Shown: positions 39,707-50,375, counted from the stretch's first letter. The stretch is 64,000 nucleotides of DNA from an uncultured Chloroflexia bacterium (GCA_963811305.1 CAWEQU010000008.1:68539-132538), one strand, 5' to 3'. Notes: generated by a model not told the origin, from the letters alone. Numbers and translations: made by a program.

Positions 39707-41399
39707 CTATTCCCTGGCAAGCTCCACCGGGAGCGTAATAGAAAAGCGCGTCTCGCCTGGCCTGGACGCGACGCTTATCTGGCCGTGGTGCTTGTCAACT
39801 ATTATGTTGTAGGCGATATGTAGCCCCAGGCCCGTGCCAACGCCAACAGCTTTCGTGGTGAAGAAAGGCTGGAAGATGCGCCCCTGCACCTCTTCGGGCA
39901 TACCCGGCCCGTTATCCGTTATCTCTATGACCACCGCATCGCGCCCCTTCAGATGGGTATGTAACGTGATCTCACCTCGCCCCTCCATGGCGTCTATGGC
40001 GTTGTCTATGATATTGGTCCACACCTGGTTTAGCTCGCTTGCGTACGCCTCGATGCGCGGCAGATCAGGCGCGTAATCTCGCGTCACGGTGACGCCCGCC
40101 TTGAGCTTGTGCTTGAGTATGATCAGGGTATTCTCCAGGCCCTCATGCACGTCAATCTGCTGCACGGCCGCCTGGTCCAGGTACGAATAAGTCTTCACCG
40201 CCTTCACTATCTGCGAAATGTGCGCCGCGCTGGTGCTGACCTCATTCAATAAGGCATAAGCTGAACAGCCGGTCGCTAACCAGGGGACGATTACAGGGAG
40301 TCGCTCATCCGAGAAGGGTGCCGTCAAGCTCTCCAACCCCTCTACATCCCAACCGAACGACACCAACACGGGAGCTACTTCCCACGCATCCTCTACACCC
40401 CGGTCCTCAAGCCAGTCTTGCAGGTCGCTCTCCCGGTCACTCCGGTCGAGGGGGTCCAGCACCAGGGGCTTGCTCGACCGCGCCTCCATCTCGCCCCGCA
40501 GCACGTTAAGCTCGTCCGCCTGCTCCTGGGTGAATGTAAGGGTGTCCAGTTGCACGGCGAGGCGCTGCCACTGGGCGAATACATCGCGTAACTGGTCAGA
40601 GCTGCGACGTATGGCTGCCGCCGGGTTGTTCAGCTCGTGAGCCAGCCCCGCGGATAGCCTGCCTAGCCCCGCCAGCTTCTCCTGCTGGGCCAATAATGCC
40701 TGGGTGCTTTCGAGGCGAGCAGCCATCGTGCGTAGCACCGACAATGCGGCAGCGGGGCTACAGGCCAACAGTTGCTCGAAGGCGTTCTGGCTGATGACGA
40801 GGACGCGGCTGTCGCTGAGGGCGCGCACCGACGCCGAGCGCGGGGCCTTTATGATGAGCGACTGCTCCCCCACAACGTCTCCAGGACCGCGCCTCGATAG
40901 CACGACTTCGCCCTGCGCCGACTGCTTCGTAACCTCGAACTCTCCCTCAAGCACCACGTAAACGGCGTCGCCCATGTCGCCCTTCTCGCATGAGGAGTTG
41001 CCCTTCCGCGATCTGGGCGGGGCGGGCCATGCCGTAGATACGGGTAAGGTCCTCCTCCGAGAGGTCCGCGAAGAGGGGCAGGCGGCGGAGGAACTCCGGG
41101 GTCGCCGCGGTATCGTAGCCCCCAGGCGCGCTTCGCTCCGGGAACATGACGATGCGGTCCTCATAGCACCAGACCCAGTCCTCGTCCGGCTCAAAAGAGC
41201 ACATGACCGGGTGGGTGGTCTCGTGGAAATGGGCGGTGGCGTGGCGGTTCTTCGACTTATCGCAGCACCCGATGTGCCCGCATACGAGGCACATCCGAAG
41301 GTGTACCCACTCATCGCCGGATTGGAGGCACTCCTCGCACCCCTCAGCGCCAGGCGTTACTTCCCGTATCTGCCCAAGATGAGTGCATTCGTCAGGCAT
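39707..41399 (-). pseudogene. ZnF-UBP + cNMP-binding + HisKA/HATPase histidine kinase, one apparent frameshift
   Basis: The 150-aa ORF 40947-41399 reads CEECLQSGDEWVHLRMCLVCGHIGCCDKSKNRHATAHFHETTHP (UBP-type zinc finger) then FLRRLPLFADLSEEDL. It continues after a shift near 40980-40990 as GDMGDAVYVVLEGEFEV...RSASVRAL, the H-box LSAGLAHELNNP, and the ATPase motifs DNAIDAM, DNGPGM, GTGLGL. Confidence 0.82.
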
Positions 41400-41496
41400 T
41401 GGTGGCCTCAGTTGTTGGTCGGCGGATGACGGACGATAGACGACGGACGACGGAGTACCAAATCCTATTTATCGACCATCTGTAGCCAGCTACTAA

Positions 41497-43161
41497 TTAC
41501 AAGGTAGAGAGATACTGGTGGATGAATTGAACAGCCATCGAACCTTCACCTACGGCGGTTGCCATGCGCTTTACCGATTTATGGCGGACGTCGCCTGCTA
41601 CGAAGATGCCGGGGACGCTCGTCTCTAGCCAGAAGGGGGTGCGTTTTAGGGGCCATCCCTTCGGCGGCTTCCCATCCCTTATGAGGTCAGGCCCAGACAT
41701 GATGAAACCCATCTCGTCGCGCTCCAGCAGGTCTGCCACCCACTCGGTGCGGGGTTTAGCCCCTATGAAGACGAAGACCGCGCTTGTTGGCACTCGCTCT
41801 ACCTCGCCTGTATCGGCGTGTGCAATGCAAATCGACTCCAGCTTCCCCTCGCCCGACACTTCGCTCACGCTGCTGTTGAGCACCACTTCTATGTTCGGCG
41901 TTGCCTCTATCTGGTCGATCAGGTACTGCGACATGCTCTTCGACAGCGAGTCCCCTCGTACCAGCATAGTCACTTTATTGGCGGCGTATTTGGCGAAGTG
42001 CATGGCCGCCTGCCCCGCGGAGTTCGCCCCGCCGACGAGGTACACGTCCTCTCCCTTGTAATTGATCGCTTCGGACTGGGAAGCGCCGTAGTATATACCC
42101 GCGCCCGTCAATGCCTCGGCACCCGGCACGGCTAGCTTGCGGTAGCTGACGCCCGTCGAGATGAGGAGGGCATGGCAGCTCAATTCGGTGCCGTCTCCCA
42201 GCTTGATGTAGCGATAGGGGCCTTCCACGCGCACACTCTCCACCTGCTGCGGCGTGAGGATTTCGGCTCCGAGGCGGGTAGCCTGGGCCACCGCACGGCG
42301 CGCGAGGTCGCCACCACTCAACCCGGAAGGGAAGCCCAGGTAGTTCTCGATGCGCGAGCTTGTGCCTGCCTGCCCACCGGGAGCCACGCGCTCCACCAGG
42401 AGGGTCTTCAGCCCTTCGGATGCGCCATAAACCGCCGCCGCCAGGCCCGCGGGTCCCGCTCCTATGATAATCAGGTCGTAAAATGGGAGGGTAGCATGTA
42501 TCCGCCGCCCCACCTTCTCCGCTACCTGGGAGTTGGTCGGCTGCACCAGGTACGACCCATCCGTGAAGAGCACCACAGGGAGCTTCAGTGGGTCGAGCCC
42601 CGCGGTCTCCAGCAAGCGACGTGGCTCTTCCCCCATCTCTACGTCGAGCCAGTGATAGGGCACTTGGTTCCTGGCGAGGAAGTCTTTCACCCCATGGGTC
42701 TGCGGCGACCACCTGTGGCCTATCACGCGCATCCCCTCGAAGGGCGGCTGGTACGACGCCGCCCAGTCATTGAGGAGGTCGTCGAGGACAGGATAGAGGT
42801 TATCTTCGGGTGGGTCCCAGGGCTTCATCAGGTAATGGTCGAGGCGCACTTCGTTGATGGCGCGTATGGCGGCCTCGGTGTCGGCGTAGGCAGTGAGGAG
42901 GGCACGCTTGGCGTCGGGGAAGATAGTTATCGCCTCCGTCAGAAACTCCACGCCCGACATCTGGGGCATCCTCTGGTCAACCAGGAAGAGGGCCACAGGA
43001 TCATCACGCACCTTCAATTGCCGGAGCGCGTCCAGGGCGGCGCTGCCCGAATCGGAGCGCACGACCCTGTAGTCCTTTCCGTACTTCCGCCGCAAGTCGC
43101 GCTCAACAGCGCCAAGTACGGCAGACTCGTCGTCTACGGCAACGATAACTGGCTTTGCCAT
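41497..43161 (-). CDS. fused response regulator / Cys-less Grx-like / thioredoxin-reductase-like flavoprotein
   Basis: REC (VIVAVDDESAVL..FLVDQRMPQMSG..LMKPW). FAD motif DLIIIGAGPAGLAAAVYGASEG and NAD motif VYLVGGANSAGQAA. There is no CxxC anywhere (GASQSE sits where TrxR has CATC). Confidence 0.88.
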   Translation of the reverse strand: MAKPVIVAVDDESAVLGAVERDLRRKYGKDYRVVRSDSGSAALDALRQLKVRDDPVALFLVDQRMPQMSGVEFLTEAITIFPDAKRALLTAYADTEAAIRAINEVRLDHYLMKPWDPPEDNLYPVLDDLLNDWAASYQPPFEGMRVIGHRWSPQTHGVKDFLARNQVPYHWLDVEMGEEPRRLLETAGLDPLKLPVVLFTDGSYLVQPTNSQVAEKVGRRIHATLPFYDLIIIGAGPAGLAAAVYGASEGLKTLLVERVAPGGQAGTSSRIENYLGFPSGLSGGDLARRAVAQATRLGAEILTPQQVESVRVEGPYRYIKLGDGTELSCHALLISTGVSYRKLAVPGAEALTGAGIYYGASQSEAINYKGEDVYLVGGANSAGQAAMHFAKYAANKVTMLVRGDSLSKSMSQYLIDQIEATPNIEVVLNSSVSEVSGEGKLESICIAHADTGEVERVPTSAVFVFIGAKPRTEWVADLLERDEMGFIMSGPDLIRDGKPPKGWPLKRTPFWLETSVPGIFVAGDVRHKSVKRMATAVGEGSMAVQFIHQYLSTL

Positions 43162-43213
43162 AAGATTGTCCCTTTCTGGTGATGAGGAGTTGATAGACGT
43201 TAATGATTATACT

Positions 43214-46200
43214 CTACTGGCTGCCAGCGCCTACTGCCGGTTGCAGGCTACCTATCTTTGCCCTGGCGCTCTCCAGGTACAGCTCCCGATAGCTCTCGGT
43301 CTTGAAGAGAGAGGCAATTTCTTCGGCTGCGGCATGAGCTTCATCGAGCTTCATTTGTGCCTCGCCGTGGCGACCCATTGCTGAAAGCACTAGTGCTGCG
43401 CCGGTACGCGCTTCAAGGACGGCAGGGCGAATACCGATCTCGGTAGCTATAGACTCGGCGCGCCTGTAGTGCTCAAGCGCTCCAGGCAGGTCACCACAAG
43501 CGGTTTTCACATCTCCGCCCGCAAGCTCGACCATCGGGTAGTATTGTTTCATCTTGCGCTCTTGCACGTATTCGTGCGCCTCCCCCACCAGCCTGGTTGC
43601 TTCCTCTATCTGGCCGCGCGCTAGCGCGACCAGGACCACGCCTATCATCGAGCGCGGGCGGTGCAGGTACATCAACATGGAGGGCATGTTGAGACCGTTC
43701 TGGAAGTACTCGCCTGCCTTATCAACGTCTCCGAGGGCCAGGGCCGAAAAGCCCAGGTCCGGCCAGGCTGTCCCACCACCTACCGACCCCTCCGGCGTAG
43801 AGAGGATGGCAAGGGCTTCAGCGCTATGCTCGGCCACCTTGCCCGCCAGCTTCGCGCTCACCTCTATGTGCGCCCACGTCAGCCCGGCAAGCTCCATCGC
43901 TACTGCAAATGCCAGCATTGCCTGTATAGGCCGCGCCGTTGCCACTCCGCGCTCGAACCACTCTATCGCCTGCTCGTAATCCCCCAGCATCTGGTATATC
44001 GTGCCGAGTATGTAAGCGCCTGTAGGGGGAGGGATCGGAGCTCCAATTCTCATACCAAGCCAATAGCCTTCCTCTCCAATCCTCCTCGCCTCATCAAAAT
44101 TACCAATTCGCATGAGGTAGAGAGGCATAGCCTCAACCATAATATCAGCCTTATGGTGCAGGTCGCCCACTTCTTCCGCGAAGCGCAGCCCCTCCTGCGC
44201 CGTCTCCCAGCTCTTCTCGTACTCTGTCATCAACATGAGGGTATTCGATTTGTGGGCCAGTCCGAAGGCGACTACGGGGGTCGCACCGAGATTACGCCCC
44301 ATGCGTACCGCCTCGCTCAAGTACATCTCAGCCTGGCTGAAGTCGGCGACCATAGTACATATGCCGCAACGCATCGTAAACATCTCGGCCAGCCCGGCAT
44401 TATCCTCATGCTCGTGCGCCATGCGCTCCGAGGTATCCAGTTGCTCCTTGGCGAGGTCTAGCTGCCCCAGCATGAAGGCGTTGACGTAAGATGACTTGTT
44501 GAGAGCAGATATCTGCATCTGCACGTCGCCTTGCTCCTCCGCGTATCGCCGCATCTCCTCATAAGTTTGCAGCGCACCCGGCACGTCCATAGCAAACTCG
44601 AGCGCCTTGCCCAAACCTTCGTATGCGCGCCGTGCCATCTCCAGGTTGGCTGCGCTTCGCGCTATGTCGAGCGCCTTGCGATAATAGCCGATGGCCTCAT
44701 CCCTCGAACCGGCTCGCGCAGCACGGTCCCCGGCTTCCACCAGGAAGGGAAGAGCACGCGTTTCCTCTCGTGCTTCAATGAAGTGGCGCGCCAGGTCGTT
44801 CACGCGCTCTGGCTCGCGCCTTTCAAGGCATTCTCCCACCCGCAGGTGTAGCTCGCGCCTCTTGCTGAGGAGCACCGAAGCGTAAGCGGTCTCCTGGGTG
44901 AGGACGTGCTTGAAGAGGTAGACGCGGCTAGGTATATGGCTCTTCTCGCGCACAAGCTCGCGCCTCTGCAAGCTGGACATGGAACTGCCGAGCACCTGGG
45001 GCATCTCATATACGTCACCCAGGACGTCGTACCCGAACTCGCGCCCAATCACGGAGGCGGTCTGAGCGACGTGCTTGGCTTCATCATCGAGGCGGTCGAG
45101 GCGGGCCGTGATGACCCCGGCCAGGGTGTCGGGCACGGCGATATTCTCGATCTCGCGGGTGGCCCGCCAGTGATCCCCTTCGCGTATCACCAGCTTCGCG
45201 TCGAGGAGCGAGCGGATTACTTCTTCCACGAAGAAGGGGTTGCCTTCTGCCTTCCTCAGTATCAGGGCGCGCACCTTCTCAGGCAGGTCTTCTATCTCAA
45301 GGAGGTTAGCGACAAGCTCGCGTGATTTGGTTTCGTCCAGAGGCTCAAGGGCGACCTGCGTGTAGCGGTGGGAGTAGTCCCGCGAGGCTATCTCATGGAA
45401 GCGCCACGACGGCTCCTGGGCCTGCGGGCGGAAAAGGGCCACAGTATCAGCATCCCCTTGTCGGTGAGAGGGAGCAGTTGCTCGATAAGCTCAAGGGAGG
45501 TGGGGTCGACCCAGTGCAGGTCCTCGAACATCAACACCAGCGGCTCGCGGCTCGACATCGCCTCTATGAGCGCGCCAACAGCGTGGAACGTGCGCCCGCG
45601 CAGGGAAGGTGGCTCAAGGTACTTGACGCTCTCATCAGCGTCACCGGTCAACTTGATGCCGGATGAGCGTCGCGATAAAAGGTGCTATTTCGTGCTCGCG
45701 CCCAGGCATCGCTGCGGCGATGCCTGCCAATATCTTCTCGTACTTCTGAGCGTCCGTATCGTCGCCCCGCAAACCGAACATCCCTTCAAACAGATCAATG
45801 AAGGGAGCATATGGGGTGCTAGAACTCATACGAGAGGGAACGACCTTCATGCCACCGGACGGGTGTAGAACTCCGCCAACTTTCGCAGCTCAGCAACCAA
45901 GCGCGATTTCCCAGCCCTGCCTCGCCTGTAAGCGACACTATCTGCCCATGTCCGCGCTATCAGCTCCTCAATGCGGGAGCGCAACGTTGCTAGTTCGCGC
46001 TCGCGCCCGACCAGGGGAGAGGTGAGGCCCTCGATGCCGCGAGTGGGGACCGCGCCCTCGCGAACGGCCAACACTCTGTAGGCGTCAACAGGCTCGGCCT
46101 TTCCCTTGACCTCGATGCCGCCAAGCTATTCGAACTCGAAGAGGTTCGACACCGACTTGTAGGTGTTAGCCGGAAATCTGCACCGTGCCGGGCTGGGCGG

Positions 46201-46931
46201 TTTGCTCCATACGCGAGGCGAGGTTTACCGCGTCGCCCATGGCGGTGTATTCCACCCGCAGGTCGGAGCCAACCTCGCCTACGACTACCAGGCCGGTATT
46301 GATGCCTACCCGCACGTCGAAATCGAAGCCGCGCTCGCGCTTTATCTTCTCGCGGTAGGGGCGTATGCCCTCCAGGATGCCGAGCCCGGCCAGCACCGCG
46401 CGCTGCGGGTCGTCTTCGTGGGCGATGGGCGCGCCGAAGAAGGCCAGGATGGCGTCGCCCATGAGGCGGGCCAGCGTGCCCTCGTAGCGGTAGACGGGCT
46501 CGATGAGGTGCTCGAAGGCGCCGTTCATGATCTCGGTCCATTCCTCCGGGTCGAGCTGCTCGGCAATGGCGGTAGAGCCTTTCACGTCGCAGAAAAGAAC
46601 CGTTACGATGCGGCGCTCTCCCGCCATGCTGCGGTTGGCGCGCTGCCGCCTGGAGCTTACCGAGCAACTCCTTGGGGATGTACTGTTGGAGGCGCGCATC
46701 TGCGAGTGGTGGAGGGGGGTCGGGGGTCGGGGGTTGGGGGCTGGTAGCGATAGGTTGCGGCGGAGGGGTCGCCGCGACTCCTGCTACCGGGTGGCCGCAG
46801 TCGGAGCAGAACCTGGCACCGGGCGCAAGTGAAGCGCCGCAGTTCGCGCACGCTATGGGCATTGCGCTACCGCAGTTGAAGCAGAACTTCGCACCCTGGG
46901 GGTTATCTGTCTGGCAATTGGCACATTTCAT
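43214..46931 (-). pseudogene. double-zinc-ribbon + class III adenylate/guanylate cyclase + AAA ATPase + TPR protein, multiply interrupted
   Basis: N-terminus MKCANCQTDNPQGAKFCFNCG..CANCGASL..FCSDCG. Cyclase domain (RRIVTVLFCDVKGSTAIAE..GDAILAFFGAP..VRVGINTG..YTAMGDAVNLASRME). Walker A GEAGLGKSRL is restored only by two compensating shifts at ~45905-45960. In-frame TAG at 46126-46128. Long TPR tail in 43214-45442. At least 5 frame breaks. Confidence 0.8.
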
Positions 46932-47114
46932 AACTCAAACCTCTACTCTTAGTAATGACAACAAGACGCTATTGGAGCACTTATACTATGCACCACGTAG
47001 ATAGTCATAATCCAGGCCGAAAAGTATCCATTTGATGCTCATTTTGCGGAACGGAAGTTGCTCAGCAATATCTCCATACTGCAAGAACCGTACAAAACAG
47101 GAGGAACTTAGCAG

Positions 47115-47430
47115 ATGGGTTTTGACCAATACCACGAGCCGCCTGAACGAGTTGCCTGCAGGAGACCCGTACCTTCGCACGCATGATCCTTTCCTTGATT
47201 GAAGAGGCCGAAGCGATAGATTGGTACGAGCAACGTCTCGCGGTCGAAAAGGACCGCGAAGCTAAAGCTATTATGAGAAACGCTCAGATGGAAGAGTTCA
47301 AGCATTTCGGTATGAACCTGGAGTTTCTACTGCGCCGCACCCCGAAGTGGCGAGCTATACTCAAGGATATTTTATTCAAGGAGGGCGATATTGTCGAGCA
47401 TGGGAGGAGGCCGAGGAAGAAGCAGGCTAA
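47115..47430 (+). pseudogene. encapsulin-associated-ferritin-like (EncFtn/ferritin-like) gene, 2-3 apparent frameshifts
   Basis: AGGAGG precedes ATG 47115. The pieces read MGFDQYHEPP / LNELP / QETRTFARMILSLIEEAEAIDWYEQRLAVEKDREAKAIMRNAQMEEFKHFGMNLEFLLRRTPKWRAILKDILF. This pattern (HEP..EE.EA.DWY.QR..EE..H..LE.L.RR) matches EncFtn from memory. Confidence 0.6.
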
Positions 47431-48194
47431 CTCGCGCCCGCCGTCCCGCGAGACCGCAAGTGCGCGCCCGCTTTATTATAACGCACGGCCACTATCTCAG
47501 ACATAATCGCCAGCGCAATCTCCGCCGGGGTCCGCGCCCCGATATCGAGGCCGACAGGGGCGTAGATGCGGGCAATCTGCTCATCGCTAACTCCCTGCTC
47601 GCGTAGTGCCCTCTTGCGTTCGGCGTTGGTGGTGCGGCTCCCTATCGCGCCTACGTAACGCGCCCCCGATTGCACCGCTACCAGCAGGGCCGGTATATCG
47701 AACTTCGGGTCATGCGTCAATACCACTACCGAAGCTCCCCTGTCGAGGCTCGCATTGTTCAAAGCATCGTCAGGCCATTCGACCACTATTATATCCGCCA
47801 TGGGAAAGCGCTCTCTGTTAGCCAACGCTCCACGCGCATCTATCACCGTCACATGGTAGCCAAGCATCTTCGCCAGCCGGTGCAGCGGTATTGCGACGTG
47901 TACAGCGCCTACTATGAAGAGCCGCTGCGGCGGGGGGAAGACCTCGATAAAGACCTCGATTTGCTCGCCCTGTAGGTCATAGCTTCGGGTCTCATTCCGC
48001 TCGGTATTCAGCAATTCCAGCGCGTCAGCCACTATCTGTGCGTCAATGGTTGGGTGGATACCGCCAACCAAGTCATCGCCGGATACGACCAGCTTTGCCC
48101 CAATCACGCCGCCTGATAGCGCCGTCGCCAGGGCAGCAGGCTTATTTTGCGTAATAAGCTCAGCCAGAAGCGAATAAGCTCCCGACACTCTCAC
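47427..48194 (-). CDS. XdhC/CoxI-family accessory protein (N-domain + Rossmann domain)
   Basis: ALATALSGGVIGAKLVV... and RLFIVGAVHVAIPLHRLAKMLGYHVTVIDAR...VVLTHDPKFD...YVGAIGSR. Confidence 0.8.
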   Translation of the reverse strand: MRVSGAYSLLAELITQNKPAALATALSGGVIGAKLVVSGDDLVGGIHPTIDAQIVADALELLNTERNETRSYDLQGEQIEVFIEVFPPPQRLFIVGAVHVAIPLHRLAKMLGYHVTVIDARGALANRERFPMADIIVVEWPDDALNNASLDRGASVVVLTHDPKFDIPALLVAVQSGARYVGAIGSRTTNAERKRALREQGVSDEQIARIYAPVGLDIGARTPAEIALAIMSEIVAVRYNKAGAHLRSRGTAGAS

Positions 48195-48205
48195 CTCTCT
48201 TTCTG

Positions 48206-48272
48206 GTCCAAAGTCTAATGTCTAAAGTCCAAAGTCACGCAAAACTCTCACGCATCACGCATCACGTTTCAC
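48206..48272. repeat. heptamer arrays (TCYAAWG)x4 + reverse-complement (GTGATGC) word block
   Basis: GTCCAAAGTCTAATGTCTAAAGTCCAAAGTC and CTCACGCATCACGCATCACGTTTCACC, between the two XdhC genes. Confidence 0.85.
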
Positions 48273-48601
48273 CAGTCTAATGGCTCTACGTACACGCTGA
48301 TTGTGCCGCCGCATGATAGGCCGACGTCGGTGAGCATGTCGGCGGTGATGCCATATTGGAGTAGCGCGGGCTGACCGGAGCGTAGCACCCTCAGCGCCTC
48401 CTCGACTACCGCGCCCTCTACACAGCCACCACTCACCGATCCCGCGATTTCGCCGCTCTCCGACACGGCCAGCTTCGCCCCTTCGCGCCTGGGGGCAGTA
48501 CCGACTACGCGCACCACAGTGGCAATCGCCACGCGCTCACCCATGCCACGCCAACGCTCAATCGCAGGCAGAAGGTCGTTCTTGAAGGTATCAGTCTCCA
48601 T
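48269..48601 (-). CDS. XdhC N-terminal-domain protein
   Basis: VAIATVVRVVGTAPRREGAKLAVSESGEIAGSVSGGCVEGAVVEEA is the XdhC_CoxI N-domain signature. Confidence 0.8.
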   Translation of the reverse strand: METDTFKNDLLPAIERWRGMGERVAIATVVRVVGTAPRREGAKLAVSESGEIAGSVSGGCVEGAVVEEALRVLRSGQPALLQYGITADMLTDVGLSCGGTISVYVEPLDW

Positions 48602-48724
48602 AGCTATATCCTAAAATCGCCTGGTACTCCTCTACGTTTCAAGTACAGTTTACATCCTGGAGTAGAGAACTGCAATGGATTGGCAGATAACGAGGGGTAA
48701 GCCAAGAGCAAATTTCGGCAGACG

Positions 48725-50119
48725 CTACACTATCTTGCCGGGATTGAGCAGACCTTCCGGGTCGAAGAGCGACTTGATGCGACGCATCCAATCTACAGCG
48801 ATGCCATGCTCTTCAGCCATATACGGACGCTTGATAAGGCCGATGCCGTGCTCACCAGAAGCCGTACCTCCGACCGAGAGCGCCCACCTTACAAGTTGCT
48901 CCGAGAAGGCATGAGCACGTTCATACTCTTCGGGTCTCGTCGCTATAATAGTATGGAAGTTTCCATCGCCTACATGCCCCACAATGCTGCCCTCAAGGCC
49001 CGTTTCGCGTAAGCACTGCTTGGCGTACGCTATGCTTGCAGATAGGTGGCCAAGGGGCACGGCTGTATCGGTGATTGTGTAGGTATGGCCAGGATGGGCA
49101 TTGACCAGCGCCCAATAGACCTGGTGTCGTGCCGCCCACTGCGCTGTTCGCTCCTCCTGGGTGCGCGCTACGTCGATGTTGGTAGCACCCGCATCACGCA
49201 CCACTTCTTCCACCAACGCAACCTCACTCTCAATAGAGGCCGCAGTGGACGAGTGGAACTCGATGAAGAGTGCTGGAGCTTCCTGGTAATCATGCCCCAG
49301 GTAGCGATTGATGCTGCTTATGCTCAACTCATCGAGTAGTTCCAGGCGAGCAACCGGCAGTGCGCTGCCTATGATTGCGAAGGCCGCTTCTGCCGCCGCT
49401 TCGATAGAAGGGAAGAATACCCGTAATGCATAAATATGCTCGGCAACCGGGTGCAGACGTACAGATAATTCAGTTATCACTCCCAGAGTTCCCGACGAGC
49501 CAATGAACAGGTCTTTCAGGTCGTAACCACTGCTCGTCTTGTGGACAGGGCGTCCGAGTTGCAGCACATCACCGTTAGCCAGCACCACCTGGAGAGCGAG
49601 CGTATTCTGCCTCATGCCTCCATAGCGGACTGTGGTAGTGCCACTGGCATTGGTGGCCGCCATACCGCCAAGCGAAGCATCTGCGCCTGGGTCAACCGGG
49701 AAGAAAAGGCCAGTAGGGCGCAAAGCCTTGTTTAGAGCGGTGCGCGTGACGCCAGGTTGCACAACCGCAACGTAATTCTCAGGTTGAATACTGATGATGT
49801 TGTTCATCTTGGAGAGATCAAGACTGAGCATTGCAACAGAGGGATCGGCGGGCACCAATGCCCCCTCCAGGCTGGTGCCTGCCCCGAATGGGATCAGAGG
49901 TACACGGTACTGACGGCACCATGCCAATACCGTCTGCACGTCTCTAACCTCTTCAGCATAGGCCACCGCGAGGGGTAAACGCACCTCCGGGAAGTTTTCA
50001 TCCCGACCATGCGAGCTGAGAACGTAGGGGTTAGTGCTTACTTTATCTGCACCAAGTAGGGCATACAACTGCTCAAGGGCAGTGTCGATATACTCCGACA
50101 TTGTTGTTACCGACCTCAA
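48725..50119 (-). CDS. FAD-linked oxidase (GlcD / D-lactate dehydrogenase-like)
   Basis: FAD-binding PCMH-type domain (VPLIPFGAGTSLEGALVP..) and C-terminal GGTASGEHGIGLIKRPYM. An alternative start at ATG 50101 is possible. Confidence 0.85.
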   Translation of the reverse strand: MRSVTTMSEYIDTALEQLYALLGADKVSTNPYVLSSHGRDENFPEVRLPLAVAYAEEVRDVQTVLAWCRQYRVPLIPFGAGTSLEGALVPADPSVAMLSLDLSKMNNIISIQPENYVAVVQPGVTRTALNKALRPTGLFFPVDPGADASLGGMAATNASGTTTVRYGGMRQNTLALQVVLANGDVLQLGRPVHKTSSGYDLKDLFIGSSGTLGVITELSVRLHPVAEHIYALRVFFPSIEAAAEAAFAIIGSALPVARLELLDELSISSINRYLGHDYQEAPALFIEFHSSTAASIESEVALVEEVVRDAGATNIDVARTQEERTAQWAARHQVYWALVNAHPGHTYTITDTAVPLGHLSASIAYAKQCLRETGLEGSIVGHVGDGNFHTIIATRPEEYERAHAFSEQLVRWALSVGGTASGEHGIGLIKRPYMAEEHGIAVDWMRRIKSLFDPEGLLNPGKIV

Positions 50120-50375
50120 AGTCGTTACTCCCTTTGATGAGCTTGCGAACTCTTACTTTAGCTTCGTCCCCGACAATGAGATGGGAGCGTCTAGCCAGTA
50201 TACCCTCGATGTTGCTGCCGAGATAGTGATCCGGGAAAAGCTGCGGGTGATTACAATAACCAGAACCAGCAGAGAGCCTAGACTGAAAAGGAGTTGTCCT
50301 AGCTACTTCTGGATACGAGAACTGGAGTGCTAGGATTATATCAGATAATCTAAGCACTTATTTTGCCTCAACCTA

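Noticed and set aside
47115-48601. Encapsulin operon (EncFtn plus shell).
   Set aside because: No HK97-fold shell gene follows. The neighbours are convergent XdhC-family genes.
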